In this document: piece by piece, positions 49,503 to 60,202 of the stretch
Layout: every line of letters starts with the position of its first letter
Numbering within the stretch: position 1 is the first letter of the stretch
Origin: a virus
Lineage: Duplodnaviria > Caudoviricetes
DNA: 64,000 nt
Reading direction: 5' to 3' (one strand)
Virus record (IMG/VR): IMGVR_UViG_3300028591_000084
Position numbers and translations under genes: made by a program
Notes under the pieces: generated by a model
Seen by the model: the letters and a program-made list of their open reading frames with translations, nothing else
What the model was told of the DNA's origin: nothing
Databases searched by the model: none

Positions 49503-51026
49503 TCACACCTTCACAGTAACTTTCTTAATTCTCCAATTAACGAAAGTCTTATTCTCTTTTTTTACAGAAATATGTGATCCATCAATAAATACTTTCCTTC
49601 CTGTTTTTTCTGAGAATAAAGAATATGACTTCCCAACATAGATCTTGAAAATCTCATAGCGTAATCTTCTCTTTAGGATCTTACAGATTTTTTCCCAATC
49701 ATAAGGATTCCTATCAATCATATCTAAAAACTTACTATAAGATTCATGAGGTCTTCCATTCATAAGACCTAATCTAATGAGAATTGTAGAAATCTTTCTC
49801 TCAGACTCAGCTAAGAATCCACTAACCCTATAATAGATCATCTCAGTCTCATATTCATATTTTGGATCTTCATATCCTTCATAGGGTGGGTAGTAGAATG
49901 ACCCGTAGATTCCATTTTCTCTCAAAAATAGCTCCTTTTCACTCAGATCTTCCTTGCCATTTCTATATCTATCCTTAGAGGCCTTTACTCTTTTATAAAA
50001 CAGTGCCTCCTTAGCAACAGTATATTTCCAGACAAGACGACTAAGAGCTTCTATACTAAGGGGTTTCATTTCCCTTTTACTTAGTACGGGCAACTTTCTA
50101 AGATCCAACAAATAAATCTTATCTGAATCTTCCAGATTTATGAATTTTGCTTCAACACAATTCACTGATCTTAGTACTCTGGCTAATTCTTCTGGAATTT
50201 TGACTAAGATGAATGCTGTGTTTATACAAGCATCTTTAACAATATTGAGATTTCTAACTACAGTTAAATTCTCAACCTTATCAATTCCAAATTTATTTTC
50301 AGGTAAGGATACTGTAATAGGCTGTTTAAACTCTAGGGATAAATTAGCTCTATTTTGATTACCAACTACGCCGAGGATCTTTACAAAATTCTCCTTAATT
50401 TTCTCCATACAAGCCCTTCTTTTTTCACGAGGGCCAATAAGAGTTCCTTTCATTAGTTCATAATCAGCTATGAACGAGGATCCGGTTCTCTCCAAATCCA
50501 ATAGAAGTTTGGTCACTGAATACCTCTGACCCTTCTTAAAGCATCTTCTTGGAAGTACATGATAATCAGTACAATTCTTATACCACTCTCTATTCCGAAT
50601 AAGATGCTTGCAATTCTGTTTAACATTTCTTTGTATATCTGGAGAGAAAGCGTTATAGAATGACGAAATCAATAGACCATTCTTCACACTAAGAATCAGA
50701 GCCTCCAAGGGATCTTTGTAGTTGATAGGAATGGCATAAATAAATGCCAGGATCTTAGCAGTTGATTCAAAGTCATAGTTACCTGCCATAGGAGGATTAA
50801 CAGTCTTATTTTTATACAGAATAAGAATCTCATCTAATCCTCTCGAATCAATCTTATTAGTTCGTGCAGTTGATATAGACTGAATAATCCTATATCCACT
50901 TTTCAATCCAACCACGAACTGATATACCATCTCCTTTTTATTTGGGAGAGTAAACGTATTAGCCCCATTTGTTGGGTAACTTTCAATTCTAAATCTCGAT
51001 TCGCATATTTGTATAATCATAATCAA
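49503..51026 (-). CDS. hypothetical protein
   Basis: 507 aa ORF with promoter motif. Confidence 0.7.
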   Translation of the reverse strand: MIMIIQICESRFRIESYPTNGANTFTLPNKKEMVYQFVVGLKSGYRIIQSISTARTNKIDSRGLDEILILYKNKTVNPPMAGNYDFESTAKILAFIYAIPINYKDPLEALILSVKNGLLISSFYNAFSPDIQRNVKQNCKHLIRNREWYKNCTDYHVLPRRCFKKGQRYSVTKLLLDLERTGSSFIADYELMKGTLIGPREKRRACMEKIKENFVKILGVVGNQNRANLSLEFKQPITVSLPENKFGIDKVENLTVVRNLNIVKDACINTAFILVKIPEELARVLRSVNCVEAKFINLEDSDKIYLLDLRKLPVLSKREMKPLSIEALSRLVWKYTVAKEALFYKRVKASKDRYRNGKEDLSEKELFLRENGIYGSFYYPPYEGYEDPKYEYETEMIYYRVSGFLAESERKISTILIRLGLMNGRPHESYSKFLDMIDRNPYDWEKICKILKRRLRYEIFKIYVGKSYSLFSEKTGRKVFIDGSHISVKKENKTFVNWRIKKVTVKV

Positions 51027-51083
51027 TAATAAAGAATTGACCCGCTCCCCTAGAAACCTTAAATATAAAAAGTTATTATTTAT

Positions 51084-52199
51084 ATGGAACTATTTTATGG
51101 ATTAGATGACATCACATTGATACCTTCGGCAACGAATAGTGGATATGTAGATGTAGATTTTTATGTTCAGGATACGAAGGACCAGACAGGAGCAAATCCA
51201 AACTCTCTTCCTATCTTTACATCACCTATGGAGTCGATTGTTGATGAAAAAGCAGCTAAAAGTTTTGTTGATGCTGGAATAAAACCAATCTTGCCGGTTG
51301 GTATTTCTATTGAAACAAGACTTACTTACTGTCAGTGGATATTTTCTGCTTTCACGGTTAATGAGATTCAAAGATATTTTATTAATCAGGATAGAAGAAA
51401 CACTAACAGCCAGTTTCATCTTTGTATTGATCATGGGAACGGTCATGATTCTAACCTATTAACTCTCTGTTTAAATTTAAAAAAGAGATACGGGAATCAG
51501 GTTATTATTATGGCAGGAAATGTAGCTTGCCCCGAGATTTATACAGAATACTCAAGGGCAGGGATAGATTACATGAGAGTTGGCATTGCATCGGGATCCC
51601 TAGACGACATGAGTAGGTTTGGGTTTAACTATCCAATGGCATCACTTCTAGATTCGTTCAAAAAATTCAAGAAAACGTCAGGAGTAGGCCTAACTAATCA
51701 AGTCAAGATTATTGCTGATGGTGGTATTAACTCTTATTCAAAAATCTTAAAAGCTATAGCACTTGGAGCGGACTATGTTATGATTGGTAAAGATTTTGCC
51801 AGAGTATTAGAAGCGGCTGGTGAAATTTATCAGAAAAATAATACTAAAATCAGAGATGCTTCTAATCTTTTAGCCATAGATCCAGCCACAATCAAAGACT
51901 TTAATCGAGATAAGGCTAAGATTAATGGTTATAGTAGATTTTATAGAAATAACACAGACCTAGAAACAAGAGCTAGACAGGCAGGATATCCAAGTGTTGA
52001 AGCTTATTTGAAAGATGATAGACCTGGCAATAAAATAGATAATATTGTTAAAATCTGGGTTAATATTGATATGACCCTGGAAGAATGGGTCGATGATTTT
52101 AAGAAAGTAGCTTATCACGGATTCCTAATGACAGGAAGTACTGGATGGAAAGAATTTAAAAAGAACGCAAGGTATGGTGTATCCATTTCCAACCTCTGA
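51084..52199 (+). CDS. IMPDH/GMP reductase-like protein lacking the catalytic Cys
   Basis: DDITLIP, PIFTSPM, IDHGNGH, IMAGNV, RVGIASGS, IIADGGI, KAIALGADYVMIG. Confidence 0.8.
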   Translation: MELFYGLDDITLIPSATNSGYVDVDFYVQDTKDQTGANPNSLPIFTSPMESIVDEKAAKSFVDAGIKPILPVGISIETRLTYCQWIFSAFTVNEIQRYFINQDRRNTNSQFHLCIDHGNGHDSNLLTLCLNLKKRYGNQVIIMAGNVACPEIYTEYSRAGIDYMRVGIASGSLDDMSRFGFNYPMASLLDSFKKFKKTSGVGLTNQVKIIADGGINSYSKILKAIALGADYVMIGKDFARVLEAAGEIYQKNNTKIRDASNLLAIDPATIKDFNRDKAKINGYSRFYRNNTDLETRARQAGYPSVEAYLKDDRPGNKIDNIVKIWVNIDMTLEEWVDDFKKVAYHGFLMTGSTGWKEFKKNARYGVSISNL

Positions 52200-52563
52200 C
52201 GACTTTACGGATTATTGGTTACTAAAAGAACATCCCTCTTCTTGGGCTGGATTGATGATTAATGCACCAATAGGCCTCGAGATTCAAGAGATCAAAAGAT
52301 TAATCTGGAGAGTTTGTTTTGAGGATCTTATACCACCAGTAATAGGAACAAATAAATATATTTCGTTAAAAGAATTTTCATTTTTATACGAATTATACAA
52401 AAATGATAATCTAAAATCTGGAATTATTAACCCTCCCCAAAAGGTAATAAAATCTGTTCCAATAACTATCTTTTATTGGGACGGATCAGAGGATATAAAC
52501 ATGTTTGATATCCATTTAGTAGAATATACAAGATGGATCGCGGAACAAGAGGTATTAAGATGA
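52174..52563 (+). CDS. hypothetical protein
   Basis: ORF in operon. Confidence 0.6.
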   Translation: MVYPFPTSDDFTDYWLLKEHPSSWAGLMINAPIGLEIQEIKRLIWRVCFEDLIPPVIGTNKYISLKEFSFLYELYKNDNLKSGIINPPQKVIKSVPITIFYWDGSEDINMFDIHLVEYTRWIAEQEVLR

Positions 52564-53003
52564 AAGACTATAATTTTTATTTTAAAAAGTTTTATTTTAA
52601 AAGCAATACTGAGATCCTTTTAACAGAATGTGCCTATCAAATTTATATATTAACAAAGGATAGTTCAATAACAAAAGAAAAGTTAGTAGAAGCATTTTTA
52701 AAAATGAAATATCTCTTTGTTAAAGGAGGTAAACATGCTTCTAGATCAATTCTTTTAAAGGAAATCAGCAACGATAAGCTATTACACTATAATTATGGTA
52801 TAGAGGATGCAGTGTTCTTTGCGGGAAATCACCTATTTAGAAGTATTGATGAGCAACATTTATCCCGTCTGTTGAGTATAGATAGGGGTATAATAATTAA
52901 TAAGGGTATGATAATATCAAAAGCCGTCAAAATTTGGGAGAATGATAAAATTGATGTAATTGAATATCCAACTGGTAGGACAGCCCTTTTAATAATAAGA
53001 TGA
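52560..53003 (+). CDS. hypothetical protein, paralogue family B (1 of 3)
   Basis: ITKEKLV...GKHAS...KIWE. Confidence 0.7.
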   Translation: MKDYNFYFKKFYFKSNTEILLTECAYQIYILTKDSSITKEKLVEAFLKMKYLFVKGGKHASRSILLKEISNDKLLHYNYGIEDAVFFAGNHLFRSIDEQHLSRLLSIDRGIIINKGMIISKAVKIWENDKIDVIEYPTGRTALLIIR

Positions 53004-53410
53004 TAAACTCTGATTTTATTATTAAAAAGATTTATTTCGAAAAATACCCAGGATTTTCCAAAATCCCCAACATATTTATCTTATCTAAAGAAGGTTTAAT
53101 AACTAAAGAAAAGATAGTTAGTGCTATAGTAAATGAGAATCTTCTTATAACTAGTGATGGTAAATATGCCTCACGCTCTTTCTTAGAAGACACTATATTT
53201 AGTCTAGAAGCTATAATATTATTTGATTTATGTGTCTTCTCTGATTATGATGAGATGTGTTTAAACTATATTCTTAATCTAGGAAAATATAATGACATGA
53301 GTGTGAGTATAGAAGACGTTATTATAAAATCTGTAGAGAAACTTTGGGAAGATAATAGCGTTAGAGCCGTTAAGGCAAAAAAGAACCAAATCCTATTAGT
53401 GATAAAATGA
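53000..53410 (+). CDS. hypothetical protein, paralogue family B (2 of 3)
   Basis: ITKEKIV...GKYAS...KLWE. Confidence 0.7.
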   Translation: MINSDFIIKKIYFEKYPGFSKIPNIFILSKEGLITKEKIVSAIVNENLLITSDGKYASRSFLEDTIFSLEAIILFDLCVFSDYDEMCLNYILNLGKYNDMSVSIEDVIIKSVEKLWEDNSVRAVKAKKNQILLVIK

Positions 53411-53820
53411 TCGACGAATCTCCACTTGTTATTAAGGAAATTTGTTTCGCGTGGGATACAGAAATAGTCGATCCAAGATTCCTGTTTGCCTTAACTAGGG
53501 AGAATCTAATGACGAAAGAAAGATTATTTAACTTCCTAGTGAAAGAGCGTGTTCTAACTGTTCGTGGAAAAAAATTTGCTTCTTATACAATACTAAATAA
53601 GGACCTTTGGATAAAAGATGTAACATATTCTCCATCATATATTAAAATGCTTAACATCGAAGAGACACAGTTAAAATATCTTCTTAATATCAATAATGTG
53701 TCTTTAATAAATACCGAAAATAGAGAGGATATTTTTGTGAAAGCAGCAGAAAAAATATGGAATGAGGGAATCGAAATTATCAAATGTTATGAACAAGCAG
53801 TCTTAGTAGTAATTAAATGA
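53407..53820 (+). CDS. hypothetical protein, paralogue family B (3 of 3)
   Basis: MTKERL...GKKFAS...KIWN. Confidence 0.7.
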   Translation: MIDESPLVIKEICFAWDTEIVDPRFLFALTRENLMTKERLFNFLVKERVLTVRGKKFASYTILNKDLWIKDVTYSPSYIKMLNIEETQLKYLLNINNVSLINTENREDIFVKAAEKIWNEGIEIIKCYEQAVLVVIK

Positions 53821-54191
53821 TACAAGAAGGAAAGTATTTATTAGCATTTGTACCAATGATTGTTAAGCCCTATATTATTTTGAAATCTTCAGGTGATATG
53901 GAAAGGGATGCAAAGAGATTACTGAATTATATAAACAGAAATCTAGATATATATGAAGATCGGATCCTCGCAATGTTTCAAGACCAAAAAAAGGGATTTA
54001 CTAGAGAAGAAATATCCCTAATTGGTGGAAAACGGGGAGAAGACGATTGGAAGAAAAGAGCTATTGGTTTCTTTAATGTTGATTTGAAAAAAACTGATAA
54101 AGGATTTGAAGGTATTATAACAAAAGATGATATATATCTTTTTAGCGTCGAAGGTACTGATGCTGACTTTGTATTACTAGAAGAGGACTAA
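53817..54191 (+). CDS. hypothetical protein
   Basis: ATGA overlap; terminator follows. Confidence 0.65.
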   Translation: MIQEGKYLLAFVPMIVKPYIILKSSGDMERDAKRLLNYINRNLDIYEDRILAMFQDQKKGFTREEISLIGGKRGEDDWKKRAIGFFNVDLKKTDKGFEGIITKDDIYLFSVEGTDADFVLLEED

Positions 54192-54251
54192 GATCCTCTT
54201 TTTTCTTTTTTACTCACCTAATAACCTTACTATTAGTATAAAATTAATAAA

Positions 54252-56934
54252 ATGAACATGAAAGAAATTAATTCTGTAAAAACAAATGAAGAAGTGATTG
54301 AGTTTCTTCCATTTCCAGAATGTGTTAGGCGTCGAGTAGGTGTTTATCTTGGCGGCAATGATCAAGAGGCTGTTAATACGGCTTTTAGAGAGATTGTCGA
54401 TAATGCCTCAGATGAAATAGCAGCTGGATATGGAGATACAATTTTATTAAGTACAAATTTTAATGGATTTTGTTTTGTAGCAGATAATGGTAGAGGTATT
54501 CCAATCTCAATGAGCAGAGATGTTCCTGAGAAGACGAGTGCTTATCTATCAATATCAGAACTACACACAGGATCAAAATTTACCAGTACCCAAGGAGTAG
54601 CAAGAGTTGGTCTTAATGGCTTAGGATCCTCAGCTACTTCTGCCTGTTCAACGGTCTATTGCTTATTGTCCAGGATAACTGAGGATAATTATAATAGATC
54701 TATTCCTGATGTAAAAACTGTTTGGGAAAAGGCAGGACCACGTTCTAAGAGAGATCTATATTATATTGTCATTATGGAGAAGGGATATAGAACGTATGAA
54801 AGTGCTGGTTCACTTAGAGATATTGAGAAGCTCTTGTTTGGAAAGGATAAAGAATATAAGATTCCCTCCGGCATGAGTACTCTGGTATTCTTTAAACCTG
54901 ATCCTGAAATTTTTGAGTCTATTAATCCCGCCATTCCTGTTAAGAATCTCCAATATTTTATGTTAATCCAGGAGAAATTCTTTAAGAGGAAAGTTAATGT
55001 TGTAATTGATGGCGTTAATATTAAAAATGATTTCAAGCCTTATCGATTTGAGGTAACAAAGATCATAACACCAAAGGACACAAGTATGAACAAAGAAGTT
55101 GGTATTTATATGTCCTTTGAGGCTGATCCTGAATTGAAAACTAAAGAAGTTACTGGATCAGTTAATGGTTTGGATTGTACAGGCCATCATCTTAGTATAG
55201 CAGAGTCAATTTATAAGGCGGCACTTAAAGATCAGTTCAAGATTAAACATTCTTATCTTGAACCTGGTATGAAATTAAATGTCATAATTCTGGCTAATGA
55301 GACGATCTTTGACTCTCAGAATAAAAGTAGAGTTAAGAGTATAGCCAAAGTCAAATCTACAGACTTCACTGAGGTAGTAAAGGATGTTGAGAAGATTTTT
55401 AGAAAATACTCTGACTATTGGGAGACTCACGTTCAGAAGTTACAATATCTGGCAGATTCTATGAGAAATATCGGTGCTATTGAAAAGGCACAGAAAATCA
55501 TAGATAGTGCCGGAGGTAATGGTATGTATCGAACAAAAGGAGATATGATAGCTGGTTTTGCTGATGCTACTGCTCCTGCAAATGATAGATGGGCTTGTGA
55601 GTGCTTTATTACTGAGGGGCTTAGTCCTTGCGGCTCTTTGAAGGCTGCTAGAAAAGCTATAGATGTAAAATATAGATGTTGTGTTCCTTTACGTGGAAAA
55701 GTGCTTGATACAAGTGATAGTACTGTCGATAAGATGATGGAAAATAAGGAATTCTTTACGATCTTTTCTCTTATGGGACTAGGTATATCAGCAAATAACG
55801 TTATCAAAGACGCTAAAGATCCGGAAGAGGCATACGAAATAATTAAAAAGAAGTCACGTTATGGCAAATTAATTATAGCTACAGATAAAACGAAAGTTTG
55901 TGTCTGAGGGTGTAGAGATACACCTAAGGAATCCTATTGTTGCGAGGAACTCTGGTTAGGTCTTAGGTACTAAAGAGTTGTAGTTAACTCTTAGTAACAA
56001 TCTTAAGAATACAGACAATTCGCTTTGTTATAAGATTAGTCTATTAATTCTATAACAAGACAACGACTATCCCTCTATGGGAGTAAGACAGCAAGTCAAT
56101 AATGGCTGTTTGAAAGATAGGATACCCAAACGTTTAAGGCGTGGGTAAAAATATAGTCTGATCTGTATGGAGACATGCAGGAGTTCATAAGAGAACCGGG
56201 AAGTAGTGACGACACTTCTTGAACAAAATGGCCGATGAAGATGGGTGGCAACAGGTTGCCCAGGGATATAGAAATATATTTCGTAATATTGCATTAAAAG
56301 CGGGGAACTCCTGTTAGGCATAAGGTACCAAAGTGTAACAACCCTTATGATAGGGACAATCCGCAGTAGAAATACTTCAACGACTATCTCAGTGATGAGA
56401 GTAGGGTGGCAAGTCTGTATAATGGCCATTCGAAAGATGCAATATCTGACCACGTAATGGTGAAGATAAAAATATAGTCTGAGCACATGGGAAACTATGT
56501 GGAGAAGAAATTCTCGTACTAAGTGTAGACGACTTAGTGTAAACAAAACTGTATCAATTCAGAAAGGTATATTATATACTATTTTGAAGTTTGCTAGATT
56601 TATGATAGATTTTGGTTTGGTTTATATTGCCGAATCTCCAATATTTGAACAAGGAGGTAAGTATTTCTATCCTAGTGATCCTAGAATACCTGGCAGTCAA
56701 TTCTGTGTAGGAATGGATCCTAATAAGAAATTTAGACGTTTTAAAGGCCTTGGTGCTCTTGAACAAGAAGATGTATATTATTCGTTCTACAATGAGCAAA
56801 CAAGACGTCTAATAAGAGTAACTCCAGAGTATGCTGATTATGCCATGGGCTTAGTAGAGGACATAAATAAAAGAAAGAAGTTACTGTTTGATAAAGACAT
56901 ATTAACTAATCCATATAATTTCACAGATCTTTAA
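54252..56934 (+). CDS. gyrB: type IIA topoisomerase ATPase/TOPRIM subunit (GyrB/ParE-like), spliced (exons 54252-55886, 56231-56246, 56552-56934; about 677 aa)
   Basis: EIVDNASDE, DNGRGIP, LHTGSKF, GLNGLG, TEGLS, PLRGK; ATD-ADEDG-LSI after splicing; RFKGLG. Confidence 0.93.
55887..56230 (+). mobile_element. Group I intron 1 in gyrB (344 nt, no ORF)
   Basis: P1 CAGAU/GUCUG; P7 GACUA/UAGUC; terminal G56230. Confidence 0.9.
56247..56551 (+). mobile_element. Group I intron 2 in gyrB (305 nt, no ORF)
   Basis: P1 UGGGU/GCCCA; P7 GACUA/UAGUC; terminal G56551; frame restored with 56552 exon. Confidence 0.9.
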
Positions 56935-56940
56935 TTAATT

Positions 56941-58281
56941 ATGCCAAAGAAAAAACCAATTGTAGAAAATTTAACAAAATCTGTTGGAGAAATAACTGAA
57001 CAAGCTTATGTTTTGTATGGTGGATATGTGGCTAATAGTAGAGCCCTCCCCAGCATACAAGATGGTCTCAAGGTGTCAATAAGGCGCTTAATTTATGGGG
57101 CAATGCAATATAAAAAAGGTGAGTGGGTCGGAGGAGATTTGTTAACTAAGACGATGCAGAAATGGCATCCACACTCAGTTGATCAAATGCACTCCTCTGC
57201 TGCTCACTTAGTTAGAGATGGTATATTTTCTGGTCATGGATTTTTTGGCTACACCTCTATTGATGGTGTGGAATCTCCCCCAGCTGCAGGTCGTTATCTT
57301 AAAATGAGACTTAGTGATCTTTACTGGGATGTGTTAGGAGAAACAACGAAGGAACCTTTTGCTCCTTTCTGTGAATCTCCCCAAGGACCAGAAGAACCAA
57401 AGTATTTCAATGTACCAATACCTATTTGTCTCTATCAAAAGATTCAGACTATGGGTTTGGCAGTAGGTTGTAGAACAAATATTCCGTCCTTCTCACCCAA
57501 ATCAATCTTAATGGCAATGAAGAATGACGACCCTAGCTTATTAGAGTGTTCAGTAGATCTTATTATCGACAAAGAAAACTCTGAGCTTGATCGTATTTGG
57601 AGAACAGGAAGAGGAACTCTCTGTTTAGCCTATAAGATTTCAAGGATGAAAAGTGAGGATGGAAAATCTGAAGGTATCTTATTTGAAAGTGCAGATAGAT
57701 GTAGTACTGATATCTTCACACCAAAGATCTCAAAGTTCCAGAAGCTTGTTGATGATGGAAAGGTTTATATTGAAGACTTGACTGATGAAAATGGTCCAAA
57801 GCTTTTCGTCGGAAGAGTTCCTGGTGCTAGAGGGATAGCGATAGAGGACATAGAGTCAATTGCTAGAAAAATTTGTTATTCAAAGATTGAGTATCAGATT
57901 TGGGTAACTGATGGAATGAGGGCTTTTAGAATTCCTATTAAAGATTGGGTTGTAGGAACTTATGACAACTATATTAATACCTTAGTGAAAGTCAATAATT
58001 CTAAATTGGAAAAGGCTAAGTTTGATCTAGCTGTTCAAGAGGCTCTCCCTGTTATATCTTCTTATATTATGAATGTTAACCCCAAAGCTAGTGATTCTGA
58101 AATTCAAAAGGAGACTGGCCTAGGGTTAGATATCATAGAAGCAGTAATGTCTAAACCGATATCACAATTAAGAAAAAATAAAGATAATTCAGATAGAATT
58201 AAAGCAATTAAAGAACGGATTAAAGAATTGAAAAAATTTGATCCAATTGTTTATACTGACAACTTAATTAACAGCTTATGA
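56941..58281 (+). CDS. gyrA: type IIA topoisomerase breakage-reunion subunit (GyrA/ParC-like, no CTD)
   Basis: RALPSIQDGLK...RRLIY, WHPH, PAAGRY catalytic Tyr; 446 aa, T4 gp52-like length. Confidence 0.88.
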   Translation: MPKKKPIVENLTKSVGEITEQAYVLYGGYVANSRALPSIQDGLKVSIRRLIYGAMQYKKGEWVGGDLLTKTMQKWHPHSVDQMHSSAAHLVRDGIFSGHGFFGYTSIDGVESPPAAGRYLKMRLSDLYWDVLGETTKEPFAPFCESPQGPEEPKYFNVPIPICLYQKIQTMGLAVGCRTNIPSFSPKSILMAMKNDDPSLLECSVDLIIDKENSELDRIWRTGRGTLCLAYKISRMKSEDGKSEGILFESADRCSTDIFTPKISKFQKLVDDGKVYIEDLTDENGPKLFVGRVPGARGIAIEDIESIARKICYSKIEYQIWVTDGMRAFRIPIKDWVVGTYDNYINTLVKVNNSKLEKAKFDLAVQEALPVISSYIMNVNPKASDSEIQKETGLGLDIIEAVMSKPISQLRKNKDNSDRIKAIKERIKELKKFDPIVYTDNLINSL

Positions 58282-58538
58282 AGAGTAGGTATATATTTGA
58301 TAATCCTGAATGTATATGTCCGGAGTCAGTTTGTGTGGTCTGGAATAGGCTACCAAAGCATGTAACAAAAACTCTCCCCTTTGGATTAATGAAGAATATA
58401 AAAATGGTTGATCCGAGTACAGGAGAGGTTTGTGAAAAGTCAGTTGTATTTTTAAAACCTGTTGAAGATTATGAAGATTGTAAGATCAAAAGACTTCATC
58501 AGATAACGGAGGACTTAGAAATCGCAGAAGTATCATGA
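58278..58538 (+). CDS. hypothetical protein
   Basis: ATGA overlap. Confidence 0.6.
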   Translation: MKSRYIFDNPECICPESVCVVWNRLPKHVTKTLPFGLMKNIKMVDPSTGEVCEKSVVFLKPVEDYEDCKIKRLHQITEDLEIAEVS

Positions 58539-59077
58539 TATATAATAGCGGTTTAGAATCAGTTATTGAAGCTATCTATTTGGACGAGAAACTTGTACCG
58601 AAGATAGGAAAAGCAAATATTGAAGTTAATCCCAGTGAGGCCTCTTATGCTGTTGGGAAAACTATTATCTTAACCAATAATAAGTGTACGAATGTTGATA
58701 TCTTAATTAGAAATGGAAATAAAGTTATTTCTAGAGTAAAAGGATATGATGATGACGTTCAGTTTCAGCCTTATATCATTCGCCCTAATTTCAATATTTT
58801 CTGGAATGGCGAAGTTTATGAGTGTCCCAGAGAATTTAGTGGAGACCTTGATGATATTATGGAGTGGTTAGGGGCCCAAGATAAATTTCCAGTTAATTAT
58901 GACGAAAAGGTGTCTTTATGTTTCCCCAAGGTAACAGGAATATTAAAGGATGTCTTAGTTGGGCCAGAAGGAAATCTCACTTCATTAGGGTGGCTATTAC
59001 ATCAGGTGGGTGTTAATGTTGGGAAAACTTTTCTCGATATGGACTTATTAAAAACAAAAAAAATAATAAAAAGGTAG
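58535..59077 (+). CDS. hypothetical protein
   Basis: ATGA overlap; ends in repeated terminator. Confidence 0.65.
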   Translation: MIYNSGLESVIEAIYLDEKLVPKIGKANIEVNPSEASYAVGKTIILTNNKCTNVDILIRNGNKVISRVKGYDDDVQFQPYIIRPNFNIFWNGEVYECPREFSGDLDDIMEWLGAQDKFPVNYDEKVSLCFPKVTGILKDVLVGPEGNLTSLGWLLHQVGVNVGKTFLDMDLLKTKKIIKR

Positions 59078-59103
59078 GGAATTAATCCTTACCTTTATTT
59101 TTT

Positions 59104-59757
59104 TTAATCTTTGAAGTTTGAGACAACAATACTTCTAGCCTGCTTAATTGTTTTTACTACTCTTTTCCAATAATCATCTCCGCCAAGTCTTTCTAAGATT
59201 ATTCTACTTGACCTAATATTGATAATGATGATACAATCTTCTTCAGGATCCTCAAAATAGATTTCTCCACGATTTGGAGTCATAGACACGATATTTAATC
59301 TCTCCAAAAACTTTATAGATTTTTCAGAGATTAGGTGTCCTATGAAACTATTTGTAAGATAAGATCTTGGTCTGTAATGTTCTCTAAAATCCTCATACGT
59401 AATCTTTTTTATTAAAAATAGACGTACTGTTGGCAGAAAACTATTCTCCTTAAAATATTGAAAGGGCCTTCCTTCCAGATATTCTCGACCAAAAAGTCTG
59501 TTATTAATACTAATTCTACCACCATAAATTTTGCCAGCTCGAATACTAAGAACAAGATACCTACTATTATCTATACCTCTAACTGTTACTGAAAGGAAGT
59601 ATTTTTTTGGGATATAATGTACCTCAAAGTTACCAGGAAGATTACAGAAGATATTTGCCAATTCTATACAACACTTAGCAAAATCAGATTCTAAGTTATG
59701 ATCAAGAATTATATCTTTAAGTAATTCCTTAAATTTCTGTATTGTTAGTGGCATCAA
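59104..59757 (-). CDS. hypothetical protein
   Basis: ORF in operon. Confidence 0.65.
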   Translation of the reverse strand: MMPLTIQKFKELLKDIILDHNLESDFAKCCIELANIFCNLPGNFEVHYIPKKYFLSVTVRGIDNSRYLVLSIRAGKIYGGRISINNRLFGREYLEGRPFQYFKENSFLPTVRLFLIKKITYEDFREHYRPRSYLTNSFIGHLISEKSIKFLERLNIVSMTPNRGEIYFEDPEEDCIIIINIRSSRIILERLGGDDYWKRVVKTIKQARSIVVSNFKD

Positions 59758-60202
59758 TGAAACTACAACTCTTTAAGTTATAAGTTAGTGGAGGAATCTT
59801 AAGCTTTAAAATATCACTGAGGAAATGAATCTCTCCTAGGTACTCAGGATCCTTATCATTACTGAACGCTGGATGAAAAAAGACCCATCTCTCATCGACT
59901 ATAAGAACATACTCGCCCTCTGTAATAAAATCAATCTGTAATACTCCAAAAACTAAATTCGAGTCTTCCTTGACCACCTTACGAATCAATTTACATAACC
60001 TGGAGGGGTAATTAGTTAAATATCTTTGAAGGGATGGGATATGAAAAGCCTTTAAGATACTCATAATACTAACAGGTATCTCTTCTAAACACTTTCTGAT
60101 ATCTTTATCCAGATTTTGAGAATTTCGAACAATTATATAATGACTAGTTCGTTTTCTTTCTCTCAGAATAACATCACTCTTTAAAGTAATAATTTGTTCC
60201 AT
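59729..60202 (-). CDS. hypothetical protein
   Basis: ORF in operon. Confidence 0.65.
   Translation of the reverse strand: MEQIITLKSDVILRERKRTSHYIIVRNSQNLDKDIRKCLEEIPVSIMSILKAFHIPSLQRYLTNYPSRLCKLIRKVVKEDSNLVFGVLQIDFITEGEYVLIVDERWVFFHPAFSNDKDPEYLGEIHFLSDILKLKIPPLTYNLKSCSFIDATNNTEI

Noticed and set aside
56067-56546. 159 aa minus-strand ORF as an intron-encoded homing endonuclease
   Set aside because: Antisense to the introns, spans the micro-exon, and has no HNH, GIY-YIG or LAGLIDADG motif
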